A DNA stretch of 64,000 nucleotides from Pavona decussata (Eukaryota): assembly GCA_977016875.1 (NCBI GenBank), contig CDRNST010000066.1, positions 806,001 through 870,000 on the forward strand, read 5' to 3'. The notes beneath the pieces were generated by a model. It saw nothing but the letters and a program-made list of their open reading frames with translations. It did no database searches and was not told the origin of the DNA. Shown piece after piece: positions 1 through 13,500 of the stretch. Position 1 is the first letter of the stretch. Every line of letters begins with the position of its first letter. The position numbers were made by a program, and so were the translations under genes.

Positions 1-2559
1 CACTGCTTTTTCAAGAAAGTAAATTCCCAGGTTTTCCGTAAAGTCGGAACTTGAAGGTCCAGGTCATCGTTCAAGAGTTCCAACTCAATGCGATTTTTAT
101 ATTTTGGAAGTTTGTTTTTTTTCTCTAGGTCAGGATCCCAAAAGCTTAAAAAACGTGTCGGGGTTGAAATGGCTTTCAAGGAAAGAATTTTTAGAATTAT
201 CACATTCCCCGACACGTTTTTGTTGGTTATATATTTTTCTAGCACCTGGCCAAATTTTACTGAAATCGGCCAAATCATTGTTGAGTTGAAAGTGTCCCCT
301 GCAAGCGAAAATTAAAATTTCAATTGAGAAAACAGCGCTTGAAAAAATATTCTCGCTACACAAACAAGTACCGCCCCATAACGCCTTTATGGAAAGTTAG
401 CCAATCATTTTCCAAGCTACTTTTTCTTCCGGTCACCTCCTGTGAAAATTTTTTTCGCAGTTTTGCACGTACTCGCATTCCAGAGTAATCAACTCCTTCA
501 CCATTTTGTTGGGTATCTGCGGTGTTTGTTGTACGCGCACGTCGATTTCGTAATCTGCATTGTTATGGGAAAAAACGAAATGGGGACTGAAGCCGACCTC
601 ATCAAGCAAAGCTGTTGAGCCGAAGCAGAAGCGGCTGAGGAGGGTAAAATTATCAGCGCTACGGAGTTATCGGGGAACCACCGTAACCGCATGTATTGTC
701 TCAGTCAAAACGAAAATTCTTGCTGCTCTACAGTCGTAAAAGCCGGAGAATAAATCTATTCGAGCGAAATATTGTTAAGGATAGCGAAGTTTCGAAATTG
801 CTTATCGAAAGTTCGGGTGAAAATTCGCTCTTGAATGAACGTCCCAAATTGTTAATGCTACAAACAGGAAACAAGTATCCGTTTGACGCTTGAAAGAAAA
901 CGTTTAAACGGAACCGTTTAAAAGAGCTGACTCCGTTTAACGCTTAGGAAATTAGCGCAATACAGTAAGTCTTTGTGAAAACGCTACAAGCAAAAGCGGC
1001 GGCTTTCCTTTTACTAGTTATCTATCTTATAGCGACGGGTGACGTGAGAAAAGATCAAGACATAAAGATATGATTCTTAGCGTCATTTTTTCAATTGCTT
1101 TTTTGTTTTGTTTCCGCTTCCCGAGACTTGTAAGTTTTACGTACCCGAACACAAGTGATCTGATAACGTTAAGCCGCAAATAAAAAAAGGAAGCTCGTGA
1201 AGCGCGATTCACGGACTCGCGAATTGAAACATTAACAAGCCCGTCTCCAAATATTCGCTTCGCTGGAAGATTTTAACACCTTTACCTACTTTAAAGTGTA
1301 GCTTAAAGCTTTTGTCTTCTTTTATGTCAGTGTCGTACTCGAACAAACGCAAGTTCTTCCACTAAATACAGGATACTCGAAGTGCGAGAACGTGAGGGAT
1401 TCAAGACTATAGAAAGACCCTTCGCGCAAATATCGCAACGGGTGGTTACACCGGCAGCAATATGCTGTCAATCAAAGTAAAATTTGACTTCCGTTGGAAA
1501 TCGTTTACGTCCCAATTTCTCGGCAAATACTCACTCTTTTTCGAAAATTCTTTTTTTGTTTGTAAGAAATTACTGGGAAGTTTCTTTTTAACTACAAAAA
1601 ATGAAAATCCAAAAATTTTCTCTCTGAAGGTACAAAGTAACTTTAATCGCTAAGCGCTTATTCACCTGAACAAAACTCCTTCTTCCTCGGCCGTTTCTTC
1701 TTCAAAATGAACGCCAAAACCATTAACCTACGGCCGAAATGTTTGTATTTCTTTTGGAATGCTTCGGTGGACGAAACTTTACAACTCCGACGAACATAAC
1801 GGAAGTAATTAATTTTTGGCCGGAAATTGGTACAGGCCGGAAAGTGGACTAGAAACTGTAGCTCTCCCAGTGAGAATGACATTTATAATACAAAAAAAGG
1901 TACAACAGACCAGTTCTAGATAGCTCTAACAGATTTGTACGACGGACAGACATATAGAGAGTTCTTCGCACAGTTATCCCTACATCGACTGTCATGCCGG
2001 AAATTTCCAGTTCATCTTTCTCAACTAGTTTTCAAGTTTCCAGAGAAGAGTTCCAGCTTTGTTGGATTCTTTGATAAGTGGTTAGTGCTTTGTTTAGGCT
2101 CGCTGCTGGACCTCATCCGATCCCACAGCTGAATGCGTGGTATTTCCCTAAGCACCTATCAAACATTGATTGGCCCATGAGTTTTCCTCTGTCCTCTATA
2201 TTGCCGACCATAACGAAGTGACCTGACTACCAAGGCGGTACAAAAATGGCACTTATGGAGCACATCTATGAAACAAGGTCAAGAGGGAGATACAGGCAAT
2301 AAAATATTTATGAAAGAATAAAATTGCATTCATGGCAATATTATAACGTAAGTCTTAAATTTCTACTGATTCTCTGATACTTGGGTCGCTTTTAAAAACA
2401 CACGCATGCACACACGGACGTTTAAAGCATCAAAAGAGGTTTAAAGATCCCAAAGCAATCACAGGGTATTCTTGGAACAAAGAAAAGAAAAATGTAGTTT
2501 TCTGAAGTAGAGTACACCAAATGGTGGTTGCATTTACCTAGTTCCACACTCTACCTTAA

Positions 2560-3235
2560 GGTTACCTTATACCTTCAGAGGTGTCTTCAGAGGTGTCTCG
2601 CGTCTAAGCGAAGTAGCGCGTCCGGTTTAAACTGTAGATACCTACACCCCTATATCAAATTAAAGCTGATAGAGCTGGCTATTCAACTAAACCAAGAATT
2701 TTGAAATAAAATGAATTGCCGATTTTTTAGCGCTGTTTTCTCGAATCAATTTTTTCACTTGGAGGACCCACTTCAAAGAGCTAAAACTCAAAGGGAATTT
2801 GTTCGTTTGCCTTCAAATTTGGACACTAGTTAGTTTAACATATAAACAACAAAACTGAGTCTAAGAATTTTTTTTTTCGAAATATTTTTTCGCCGAGAGC
2901 GATTTTTGTAAGATCACTCCACATTTGTTTCATCCTATTTCGAAAATGTTCTACAACTTTTCATTGCGATTGAATATGGCAAAACGCAAACACGTTTTTT
3001 TAGCACTTTGTGACCGGAAACTAAGGAGAAAATTAAATTAGCGAAAGGTGATTCGGACGCTCGCATTTAGAGGTCGTGAAAAATTCGAAAATTCGTTTTA
3101 TTTCAAAATTCTTGGTATAGTTTGATAGCCAGCTCTATAACCTTTAATTTGATATAGGGGCTTAGGTATTTACAGTTTCAACTGGACGCGCTACATCGCT
3201 TGGACGCGAGACACCTCGGAAGGTATAGGGTAACC
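2560..3235. mobile_element. Non-autonomous DNA transposon (Kolobok-type MITE) with long imperfect TIRs
   Basis: TTAA at 2556-2559 and 3236-3239 flanks GGTTACC...GGTAACC. About 170 bp at each end are reverse-complementary. Purine-purine termini plus a TTAA target fit Kolobok rather than piggyBac. Confidence 0.75.
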
Positions 3236-4339
3236 TTAAGCCAAGTTGTTTACTCTCATCGTAGTTCTCTAAACACGAGGTGCCTTATTAATATCCGAGA
3301 TCTTTTTTAGGAAAAGAACATAATTTTCGTAAGTACTCCAGATTCAGGATTGATTCTCTTGGAACCCCATACGATTACAGAAGTGTGATGCACTATGGAG
3401 CCACAGCATTTACCAAAAATGGACTGCCCACAATACTTGTCAAGAGGGAAGGGGTATGTTACTAAGCCTATCTGAGCACTGTTGCAACGACGATTTCTTT
3501 TTGTTTTTTCTTTCTTTTTTTTGTTTTTTTTTTTTCTTTTTGAAAAACAAAAAAAAAACAGGCTCAAGCGTTTGTCTTAAAATACAATAAAAACAATTAT
3601 CCTCTTTATGCGAGAAATTTCTTGGGACCAATTCCTGATTTCACAGAAGCCATTTTTTGCAGATGAGTTTAAATTATGTTTATGCATGTAAGAGGGTATG
3701 CGTGAGGGTGCCTGTTTCTCAGCTATCAATTAAAAGGGGCGGACCACAGTTAACCTCTAATTCTCACGTGTTTTGGGGGAGCGCTGTCCTACTCTTTAGC
3801 CGAATAGTGTCTCATCGGAGGAATTTTGGGAAGAATTTTCGAGTGATTCCAGTCAGCCTTTTTCGAGACCTTTCAACTCTGCTTCAATCATTTACTGTTG
3901 ACTTTACGACTTCGAGAATCAAATTGTTAGGAACTCCGGGCCATTTTCGTTAGCAACTTATTCAATCTCCTGACATTAAAAACACAGTCATTTGCAAGTC
4001 ATTTGCAAGTGCAATTCATGTCAGCAAACAGTTTTCTTAACACTTCTCAGTTATCAGTTAAAAAATGCAAAATTTCCCTATTTCTTTTTCGCCCAGTAAT
4101 CTTGAAGATGAAACGCGATAGAAGAAAATATTACGTTATCACACATATTTCAGTTTCATGACTTGATATGTGATCTTCAAAAGTAAGGACTACCCAGTAA
4201 CAAAGTGAGATTAAAAATTACTTTTGTGTGAACTGGCGTGAACATATCTTGCATGGACTTCCCTGAAATATTTACAACACATAATTGATATCTGTTTACC
4301 CATCTGCCTTTTACTTGTCTCATCTTATGTCGTATTCAG

Positions 4340-5182
4340 TTCCAGAACGTTATTGGACAGCGAAGGGGATTAAGCACTATTGACGCTAGGCAGGCGAACC
4401 TTCTATATAAAAATTGCGGTAAGGAATACACCAGCATTTATCAGGAAGACAATTGCGACTTCGTGAACAGTTTAACTCCTTTCCACCAGAATCAAACTCA
4501 GTCAATTCATGATTCTAACTGTGGGTTTGTGAGCAAATTTTTCAATATAAAAAAAAACCTTTTAAGCTCCAGTTTCCCCTGGTGCCGTTCGTTATGTTGT
4601 GCAAGTTAATTTCCTTTTTTGTGTCTGTGGATATCATATGGCTTAACGATTCATGATCAAATGAAGTCAGTAAGTGATATTTCCTTGGAGTGCTGATTGT
4701 TGTAAGTAATGCAAGGTAACTCTTATCTCAGATTACTGGTGTAGAAAGAATGAAAGCCACTGAAAGTCTTCCTTTGCTCTGGTATTACTGCTATGGCTTT
4801 TGAATTTGGTTTTGGTTTTGATTTTACCATTTTTTTTTTCTTATTTTAAATATGGCCACTTTGGGAGCAGTAGAGTGTCGTAAAAACATAGGTTGTGTCT
4901 CGCTGATTAACTAAGAACTACACCTGACGCAAACTACGGTTGACTTCAAAACGTTCAAATTGTTTTTCTGTTTTCTTTGGGGATACATCAACCTCGACTC
5001 TTTCTCCAACTACTGCCTACGGCATCATTATAACTCTATCTGTAAACGGAAAATACCATAATTAAAAGTTTCCGTCTTTTTTCTTATTTTAATCAGGGGC
5101 CAAAGCTAGTCCTCTGAGTACAACAGCACCACCACGAGCGGCACACACCAAGCAGGTTCCTGGACCCACAACGCAGAACTAG
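4340..5182 (+). CDS. 3' exons of an astacin (M12A) metalloprotease, paralog 1 (partial; no upstream exons found in the window)
   Basis: Exon 4340-4418 reads FQNVIGQRRGLSTIDARQANLLYKNC, the astacin C-terminal IGQR..LS..D...N.LY.C motif. It splices in phase 1 to exon 5097-5190 (GAKASPLSTTAPPRAAHTKQVPGPTTQN*, stop 5180-5182). Splice sites are canonical AG/GT. Confidence 0.85.
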
Positions 5183-5233
5183 CGTAGAACGTAGGTGTGT
5201 CTGGCATAATTTAAGCTTTATTGTTAATTATTT

Positions 5234-5383
5234 NNNNNNNNNNNNNNNNNNNNNNNNNNNNNNNNNNNNNNNNNNNNNNNNNNNNNNNNNNNNNNNNNNN
5301 NNNNNNNNNNNNNNNNNNNNNNNNNNNNNNNNNNNNNNNNNNNNNNNNNNNNNNNNNNNNNNNNNNNNNNNNNNNNNNNNNNN
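5234..5383. other. Assembly gap (run of N)
   Basis: 150 consecutive N. Confidence 0.98.
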
Positions 5384-8300
5384 TTGATTTATTTATTTCA
5401 GGAGCAAGCTTCTGTGGCCATACAGCTGCCTTGTCAAACGGACTTTGTTTCACAAAAATCATCCCTTTTCACATAAATGATATTGGAATAAGGACTAATA
5501 AGAGTAGTACATGTAAATTAACTCAATCTAATTAATCCATGTACACTTAAAAAAGGTAAATAAATTTAATGCTGTGCAAAACTGTTTGTTTCTTTTGGCT
5601 CAAACAATGATAAAGTAGTCTTCCTGTTTTGGCTACTAGTCAATCATGTGTTATACCCCGGACTTGTTCAAATGCTCAAGTGATCGGCCAATAACCAATC
5701 ATGCCACTTTAAAGTTGATGTTACACGAGACGATTCACAACGACCATTTTAAACACGGAGCGATCCTATAAGACCAGGCTGAACCGTTCAGACTGTCAAT
5801 CAAATATCCAAAACGCGCGTATCGGATTGGTTGATTACCAAAAATCTTTTTTTAGCACGTTCAAGTTCCCGCAACTTCAATTTGAAAGGACGTGACGAGT
5901 TGGTGGAAAAGCTGTTTTAGTTCGAATTATTTTGTTCAAAATCAATCCAACGAATATGGCTACAGGAGAGGAATTTAGAGAGTTAAGTAATCCGTCTATT
6001 TTGGGATCGGAAATTCATTTATCGGCTGGTAAAATCTTATCTTTTCGAGATATTTCCGAAATGATTAGGATAAAGTTCGTAAACAAACTCTGTCTCGAAA
6101 TAGGTTGTTCTTCTGAAACCGGCTTCCGAGATGGAATCGCTTCAATCCTTTGTGTCGTTTAGTGGGGGAGAGATAAGTAAAGACACAAAGTCGCGGAAGC
6201 GAAGCCTAAAAGAAACAACGGAGCGGGAAACGGAGGAGAAAAGTGAAGTGTCTCAAGCGGCGAGCGATCGCACGCAAGACGACGGAGCTGATAATCTTTT
6301 TGAACCCAGCCTCTCTATTGCTTACTGTATATAATAAAACTTAGAATATATTTGGTACTGGCTAATTTTAATACTGATGAGAGAGCCATTGCCATTATCA
6401 TTTCATCCATAAGATACATGAGAGCAACATCGGGCCGTGTTTTGTTGTTGATGAGTCGGTATCTGACCGATACACTTCGCTTTTAATTTACGCGGGATAT
6501 CCGTCGCAGCATGTCTGTAGCAGAGTAATAAATGAAAGAAAAAACGTTATCATTTTTGTGGCCCCAACCTCACAGAATGAAGTTGCTTTTCATAACTAAT
6601 GATGTAAACTTACAACTGGAAGGTTTACATGTCCTATGAATTATTTTAATCCCGAAAGGCTTGGAACGTGCAAGGAGCATTTGGGCGTCAGACATCTACC
6701 CAACTTTTATAAGAGAGTACCTCAAGCTGTGAAAGAGGGGTGGGGGAGGGGATTCACTCGGCCCATTTAATATAATGTGAATATGTGCAGAACGTTTTGG
6801 CATTTTCAAGAAAATTATCTCTTGTTTCATATTATAAAAAAAATGTACATTTAAAGGTCTTAGAATTATACACTACCCCCCCCCCCCACCCTCCCCCCAC
6901 CCCCTGCACTCAGCCCTCTGTTTCAATTACCCTTAATGTAACCAGGCAAACATCAGCTGTGCATCATAGCATACCGTACAGGTGCACAAATATGGACATA
7001 ATGGCGTAAAAATACGACAAAATAGGATGTATTAGGTTGTCGTCGAAACGTCTATGCTTAATGACTCTAATGCAATGAAGTGTTTAGGACGTCGAAGAGA
7101 CGAGGACATATATTCATTGCGATCTACACTGCAATTTTTGTCAAGGTGGAATTGAGAGCAAAACTGAAACTTTCTTGATAACCATTTTCTAAACATAGCC
7201 TTTATACTGGCGGCATGTTATTCAATACCGCTCGTGTGCGCCCATAGCTAGATGAGTGCACGCCTGTGCTCCATGAAAGAGCACAACCAACCGGCCCATT
7301 CCTGTATCCCATTTTAAGAGCTGTGTTGTCAGAATATGAAATAGCCTTCATTTCAGTTTAATTATTTTCCCTTATTTCAGTTCTTTTTTTTATTTTTCGA
7401 GTAAGTAAGGTGAAAATTGAATAGGACGAAGGTACTACTTGGGCTCGTTTCACAATATTTTATTACTTATTAAAACACCCTGGGATTAAGCTAAGGGTTG
7501 CAGTAGTCTTGCTTGTAGTTTAGCTTAGTTTGTCTCGTTATTATTTTCATGTTTTGCGTGTGCGTGTTTTTTGAAATCGTTTACCTTTATCGCACTTCCT
7601 GCATGGCAGGAGTTCACTCCAACGAGTGCATCGCAATCGACATATTTGATGGTCGGGCTGGGTTAAGTTTTCGTCTTTGTTTAATACATTACTGAGATTT
7701 GAACTAATTTGAATTAACTTGAATTTAGTTTCTATAACGAATTTACTTTTGTTCGGTAATAAATGTTAGTGAAAAATTATAACTCAATAAATACACCTGA
7801 GCAGCAGACTCGTTAACAATTACTCACCGAAGCGGTAGTGTATAGTAAATACTTCCCGGAGTTTGATTATTTGATCGCTGGATTGCAATATGAAATCACC
7901 GGACGGTACTATATCATATAGAAAGTATTTCCTGGGTGCTATGAATAAAAAAATCAGCTATAACTGGAGGCATGGTATGCATGGTATCCATCGTTTATTA
8001 AATATCAGTGAGTCGGCCAAGAATAGCAAGTTTGATCAGAATAATTTCACCTCAACCGTCAACTGACGCTCAAAAAGAAAAACAAACAACAGTGCCTCGT
8101 GATTTTGCTGTAGAGAAGGAAAGCAACATGATCAGATGGATTATTTTAATTATTATACGTTGCGAAACACCTTATTATACGTTGTACACCTTCTTCAATT
8201 CTTGAAATAATGAAAAGCTTCTGAATATGTAACAATCCTTTAATTTCTATCAGCTAGCGAATCCCTTTTTTTGCATCACTTGTTTGTTTACTACTTATTT

Positions 8301-9249
8301 AACTTTTATTTTAGTCAATTCAGTTGTAAACACCAAATGTATTTGTATTTAGTTTCGTATAAACATACCTACCCGCCTCGACTAGCTTCAGCTATTTGCG
8401 GGTAGGTATATAAACACCTTGTAACTGTCTATTTTTAATAAAGTGTTGTTTGTTTGTACATCATTTTTCGGCTTACGGCCTTCACCCTCTAAAAAATTCG
8501 GTCATGCAGAAGTAGTTGCAAGTAATGGGCAGTCTTACGGGCTGCCATATCGCCTTACGAATGTTCGTGGTCATAAGATTTCCTGATGACTAATACAGTA
8601 TTATTTTTTGTGCTTCAGCCGAAAATGCCAGAGCAATGGCCGCCATAACTGAAGGTATGGATGAATGGAGAACAAAGGCATGCATCCGCTTTGAAAAGAA
8701 AAGACCAGAAACAGTTAATAACATCTACTTCGTCGATGGTATTGGGTAAGAAGAGCTCTAAAACCAATCAAATATAACGAACGGATACCACCAAGGATCT
8801 TGGTGTTGGTTGTGAGTAGAACACCCCTGTCTTTTATGAAATTTGTTTCGCATCATGGTTGTTGCGCGCCCTTAAAAGACATAAAGAATCATTTTTGTAT
8901 TAGTTCATTAGCATATTTCACTGTTTGGGTAATGTTTAAAACTTGTTGGTCTTCTTAGATATCCGTAACTTTTCAGTTTTCTTCTGCAGCTGTTCGTCAA
9001 ACGTAGGAAGGACTGGAGGACGTCAGGATATCACTCTTGAAGGTCCATCATCTTGGAACAAGGGAACTGTTGCTCATAAAATTGGTAAATGTAACAATCG
9101 TTCCTTATTAATTAAAAAAAACACACACATACAAACGTTCTTGTGCTACAAGCAAGACTATAAACGTTAACGTTTAGATTTAGATTAGATTAATAAAGGG
9201 GCATTTTTAATATAATTAGAAAGACATCTGTTTATGAAGCACCGTTTAA

Positions 9250-10479
9250 CCCTTTTCATCCCAACAACACATATATGTGACGAAAACACCGTTCTTGCTT
9301 CTATGAATTGCTCCCTGTTTAACTTAAGCTACAACGTCATGATAATGTGTGAATGACACCAGCTGATGTATATTTCTATCATCAATGCCAGCAAACCGAC
9401 TACGCCTCCCGCATATCACCGTTCGTTTGGCAACAAAGTCCTAAATGCCAATTGTTCGGCCAAATAATAACATCAAAAATTACACTTATTTATCGTCAAT
9501 TTTTAATCCAAATAATTTGTTCAAAAATGAAAAGTTTATATTTACAGCAAACCTCAAGGTCAGACCTTGGTATCTGACTGGAAGTTTTCCTCTCAACGCT
9601 TTCCGAGGGCTATACTTCAGCCATTTTATCAGACCCAGTCTTGCGTATCTCACGTTGCCTCGTTTACGCCCGAAAAGAATTCTGGGTAATAGCCCATTTT
9701 ACAGTTGTGTGCTTGGTGACCTGGCCTTGGAGTGGAAGCGAGGCTGGGGGTGACCGTGTTTTGATACAAGCCTCACTGCTTTTCATATGTAGATCATGCT
9801 GTTCTTATGCTAACTAGTTTGCATTTACATATGAAAACCAGTGAGGTCTGTATCAAAACAAGGTCACCCCCAGCCTCGCTTCCAATCCAAGGCCAGGTCA
9901 CTAAGCACACAACTGTAAAATGGCCTATTCAGCCATAGCGCGAGCGTAGAACTCCTGCTCTTTCCATTTCATAGTGTCGAGCCACTCAGTACCACCAGCA
10001 AAATTTCGAATCCGTTGAATATTTTACTAGTCCAAACTCGCCCAAATTGCCTTGGCAGGTCCTGGAATCCATCCACAAAACGGCCAGAGAGGCAACTTCA
10101 CTCGTGGGCCTCCATGTCTGCTACACAGCATGTTTGGCGACTCAGTCAGCATGAAATCACCTCTCACTTCTGTTTTCTTTCAGAGGATTGCCTTTACCCA
10201 CATTCCAGCTTAATGATGCCAGAATGGGGGTTTCTGCAGAGGAAAATGGCTCGAAAAACACTTATAAAGCGATGGTTTTACCAGATTCGTGCTCGTGCAC
10301 TCGCTCGAAACAAACAACAACCGTCACTTGCATCACATGACAATTTAGCCTGAGCCCACAGTTTCTTAAGACCGCAGATATTTTTATTTCATTTCCATTT
10401 ATGGAGAAATTAAGTGGCTCAGACTATTTATTGCCAAAAAGTCATTGAAAAAAATACCATACACCTGGCATTTAAAGGG
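9250..10479. mobile_element. Non-autonomous piggyBac-like element in astacin intron
   Basis: TTAA-CCCTTT...AAAGGG-TTAA termini (TTAA at 9246-9249 and 10480-10483) with short imperfect TIRs. Confidence 0.6.
9688..9929. mobile_element. Palindromic (fold-back) MITE nested in the piggyBac-like element
   Basis: About 110-bp arms, AATAGCCCATTTTACAGTTGTGTGC... / ...GCACACAACTGTAAAATGGCCTATT, are near-perfect reverse complements. Confidence 0.85.
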
Positions 10480-13458
10480 TTAAATCAGCCCGATCCAGTT
10501 GATGGACGAGTGCTGTAAGGGCGGTCTCTGTTCCGCAGTAATCTGGATCGCGCAGGTAGCAATTAATTACTTCAAAGACACATTACAATGTTGTTGTTGT
10601 TGTTGTTGTTGGGCCTCTTTTACATTTCTTTTAAATAAATAAAAACGGTAGGTCACCAACTCAATTTTTTAGATAATTTGCAAAAAAACTGAAGTTTAGA
10701 GGTCTATTTGTTGGTGCCGAGCTGTATCCATGGAGACCACTCTGACGTAAGAACTAGTCTTGAAGTATTGCCAAACAACAGAGCTACAAAGATTATTACA
10801 GTTTGCCTACATAATTAGATACATTTTTATGACCTTTCATCACTTCACAAACACTGCAGGGATAAAAAAAATCCCTTACGAGCCTCCCTAATGGTAAATT
10901 TAGGATTAAAAAATTTCTCTTTGCAGGGCATGCTCTCGGTTTTTACCATGAACAGTCTCGTCCTGACAGAGATGACTATGTGGTAATATTGTTTGATAAC
11001 ATAATACAAGGTAATTTGATTAGGCCTCCCTGCCATAATTGAAATTGGCCTTTCAGGTTACTGTATTTAATTAGGCCTTTCACAGTTCGATGGGTGTGCT
11101 AACAAACTACATCCCAAAACAAGTCGAGGAAGCAAAGATAAAAACAAGCCGATGAATCTAAATTATGATGAACATTAGGTAATCATTGCTCGTATTGATG
11201 TCAAGTAACAGTATAATAACTTGAATTCCCATACAGTTCTTCAACAATTACCCTTGCGAAATCGCGCGAAATATCGCTTGATACTTAGCCCACGTGGCAG
11301 TAGGCCGGGTTGCTAAAATCAGGTAATATTCCGCAAGACTGAGCTGGACAATTGTTTTATTATTCAACACATTAAAGACAAAGCACAGTTTTATTGAAGA
11401 AAGCTGCCATTTATCTCATTTTTCGGTCATTTTCCTCCCTGAAACTTGACATCGCGTATATCACAAGATACTGATCTGTTCTGTTCATGGTGTACGGATG
11501 ACGAATATTGATTGCACTATCACCATTTTTTGCCAGTGTTGCAATGTGTTGAATAATATTAAATATACGCGCAGCTCTGACAGGCACTAAATAGGTTATT
11601 ACTATCAATAGCCGTCAAAGGGTTTCGATGATCCATAGGAAATCATATAGCAATCTTGGAATTATTAAAATAAAAGTAGAAAAGATATAATTTTGGCAAA
11701 TAGAGCCTGATATGGTTCGTATTTTCGTACTATAAAGTCACAGTTAAGTAAAACACTTAATTTATTTGCTAATTTTCCCTTAACTTAGGCTTTGTTATTT
11801 AACATGCATGATAATAAGCAAAACAATTCCTTTTAGGCAAAGAACATAATTTTCTCAAGTACAGCAAATATTACATTGATTCTCTTGGCACACCACCACG
11901 AAAGCGTAATGCACTATTCAGAGAAAACATTCAGCAAGAATGGACTACCCACAATTCTGGTTAAGCAAAAAGAGGTAAGTTGTCATGGCAATCTGAATTC
12001 CATAGAGACTTTTTATCGACAAAAATGCATCTCTCGGAGTTAAGAAGAGGCCTATTTAGTTTTTTTCCTTCCAAGGGCAATCATCATGAGACCAACTCCT
12101 GAATTTGCCGAAGGTATTTTTTCACGTTAGTTCACTCATTGTATACGCACGTGGATTGCACTTCAACAAAAATCAAGAAAATTACTGAAGCCAAAATTAT
12201 CAAGATATAATATAGAACAGCAGTACTCAATATTTGGATAATTTTACAAACACGCGTAGCAGAGCTTATATATATTTCAGGAAATACAAATATCACAAGC
12301 ATAATTTTGTAAAGAAATAAACAAGCAAAGAATCCTAACAAAGTTCTATGCAAACAATATCAATTCTTTAGTGGCTTTGATCCCGGTGTTCAGGCAGGGT
12401 TTGACAGTTTTAATATAAAGGGATTCCAAGAAACAGAGCTGATAGAAATTACTGTTGATCGCGAGAATTGAAGCATTGCTTAGTATAGCATTGTGGATGT
12501 GATGGTTAAGGATGTTCTTCGGAGTTAGTTTCGTACTTTATTACTTACATTTGTCGGCTGGAAATGATTTTTGAATTCCTCGTAAACTTGACGTGAAGCC
12601 TACCCACCCCCTCCTCCCTTTTTTAAATTTTTTCCTGTTGCGACCTATTTGCTATCTAATTAGTCAGTCAGTCAGTCAGTCGACAGACAGACGGACAGTC
12701 AGACAGACCGAGATAGCTATCCCATCAATCTGACAGACAAAATGGAAAGTTACTCAATTAAAAAGTACGGACAGTCCATCCGTCAGCCAATCATCATTCA
12801 CTACAATTAGCTTTTTTGTTTGAATTGTTGCATGTCCATTCCAGACGACGCTTCACACATGACCGAACCTTGAGTAAGAATTGATTTAAGTTCGAATCTG
12901 GAGCGACTTTGATAGTGTACTTTCTGTCGCACCTAATCCTCAAACCCTGAGGAAAAAAGAATTAAACACGTGTTAACCGACTCGCAAATACAGAAATTCT
13001 GTACAAACATGTTGGTTTTAATGTGTAATCATTAAATAGCAATAAAATATAAGATTTTAATTTTCTCGGTTTTTTTGGACGACTTTTTTCCAGTAATTTT
13101 AGCTGTAAATTCCAAATCTAATGTCAGGATGACAACAACAGGGAAAAACATCAGATTTATACCAAATTCCCTAAAAATGAAGCAAAAAGCCTGGCGAATC
13201 GAAAGCTAGGAACAAGCGATGATCGCGTTTGGAAGTTATTTCACGATTCAAACTTCATGCGAGACTTTTCCCCCTCTTTCGGGCTTTCAGTCGATCACAA
13301 ACACCCTACCAACATAGAGTAGTTTTATTTATAAAATGCATTAGGTTCGGCACTTGAGAGGAGCGGCGTATGAATCAGCTGCCGCTCCAGTATCGCAAAA
13401 TGCGGCAGATCCTATCGAACTCAATGATGTTTGCCGCACCAAATTAAAACTGCCGTGG

Positions 13459-13500
13459 TTGGTTGGTTGGTTGGTTGGTTGGTTGGTTGGTTGGTTGGTT
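13459..13500. repeat. (TTGG)n microsatellite
   Basis: Read directly from the sequence. Confidence 0.95.

Noticed and set aside
1-2150. CpG-richer segment with short ORFs, possibly part of a transposon
   Set aside because: No TIR, TSD or protein motif could be identified, so it is left unannotated.
5402-5535. Apparent coding similarity C..TA.LSNGLCFT / C..TAVSNGFCFT between 5402 and 15132, suggesting stop readthrough
   Set aside because: Both follow a conserved stop, and readthrough frames differ between paralogs. Shared 3'-UTR ancestry is sufficient.
7089-7662. Candidate 5' propeptide exons of the astacin pseudogene
   Set aside because: Weak splice context and no convincing astacin propeptide or WP..VPY motif.
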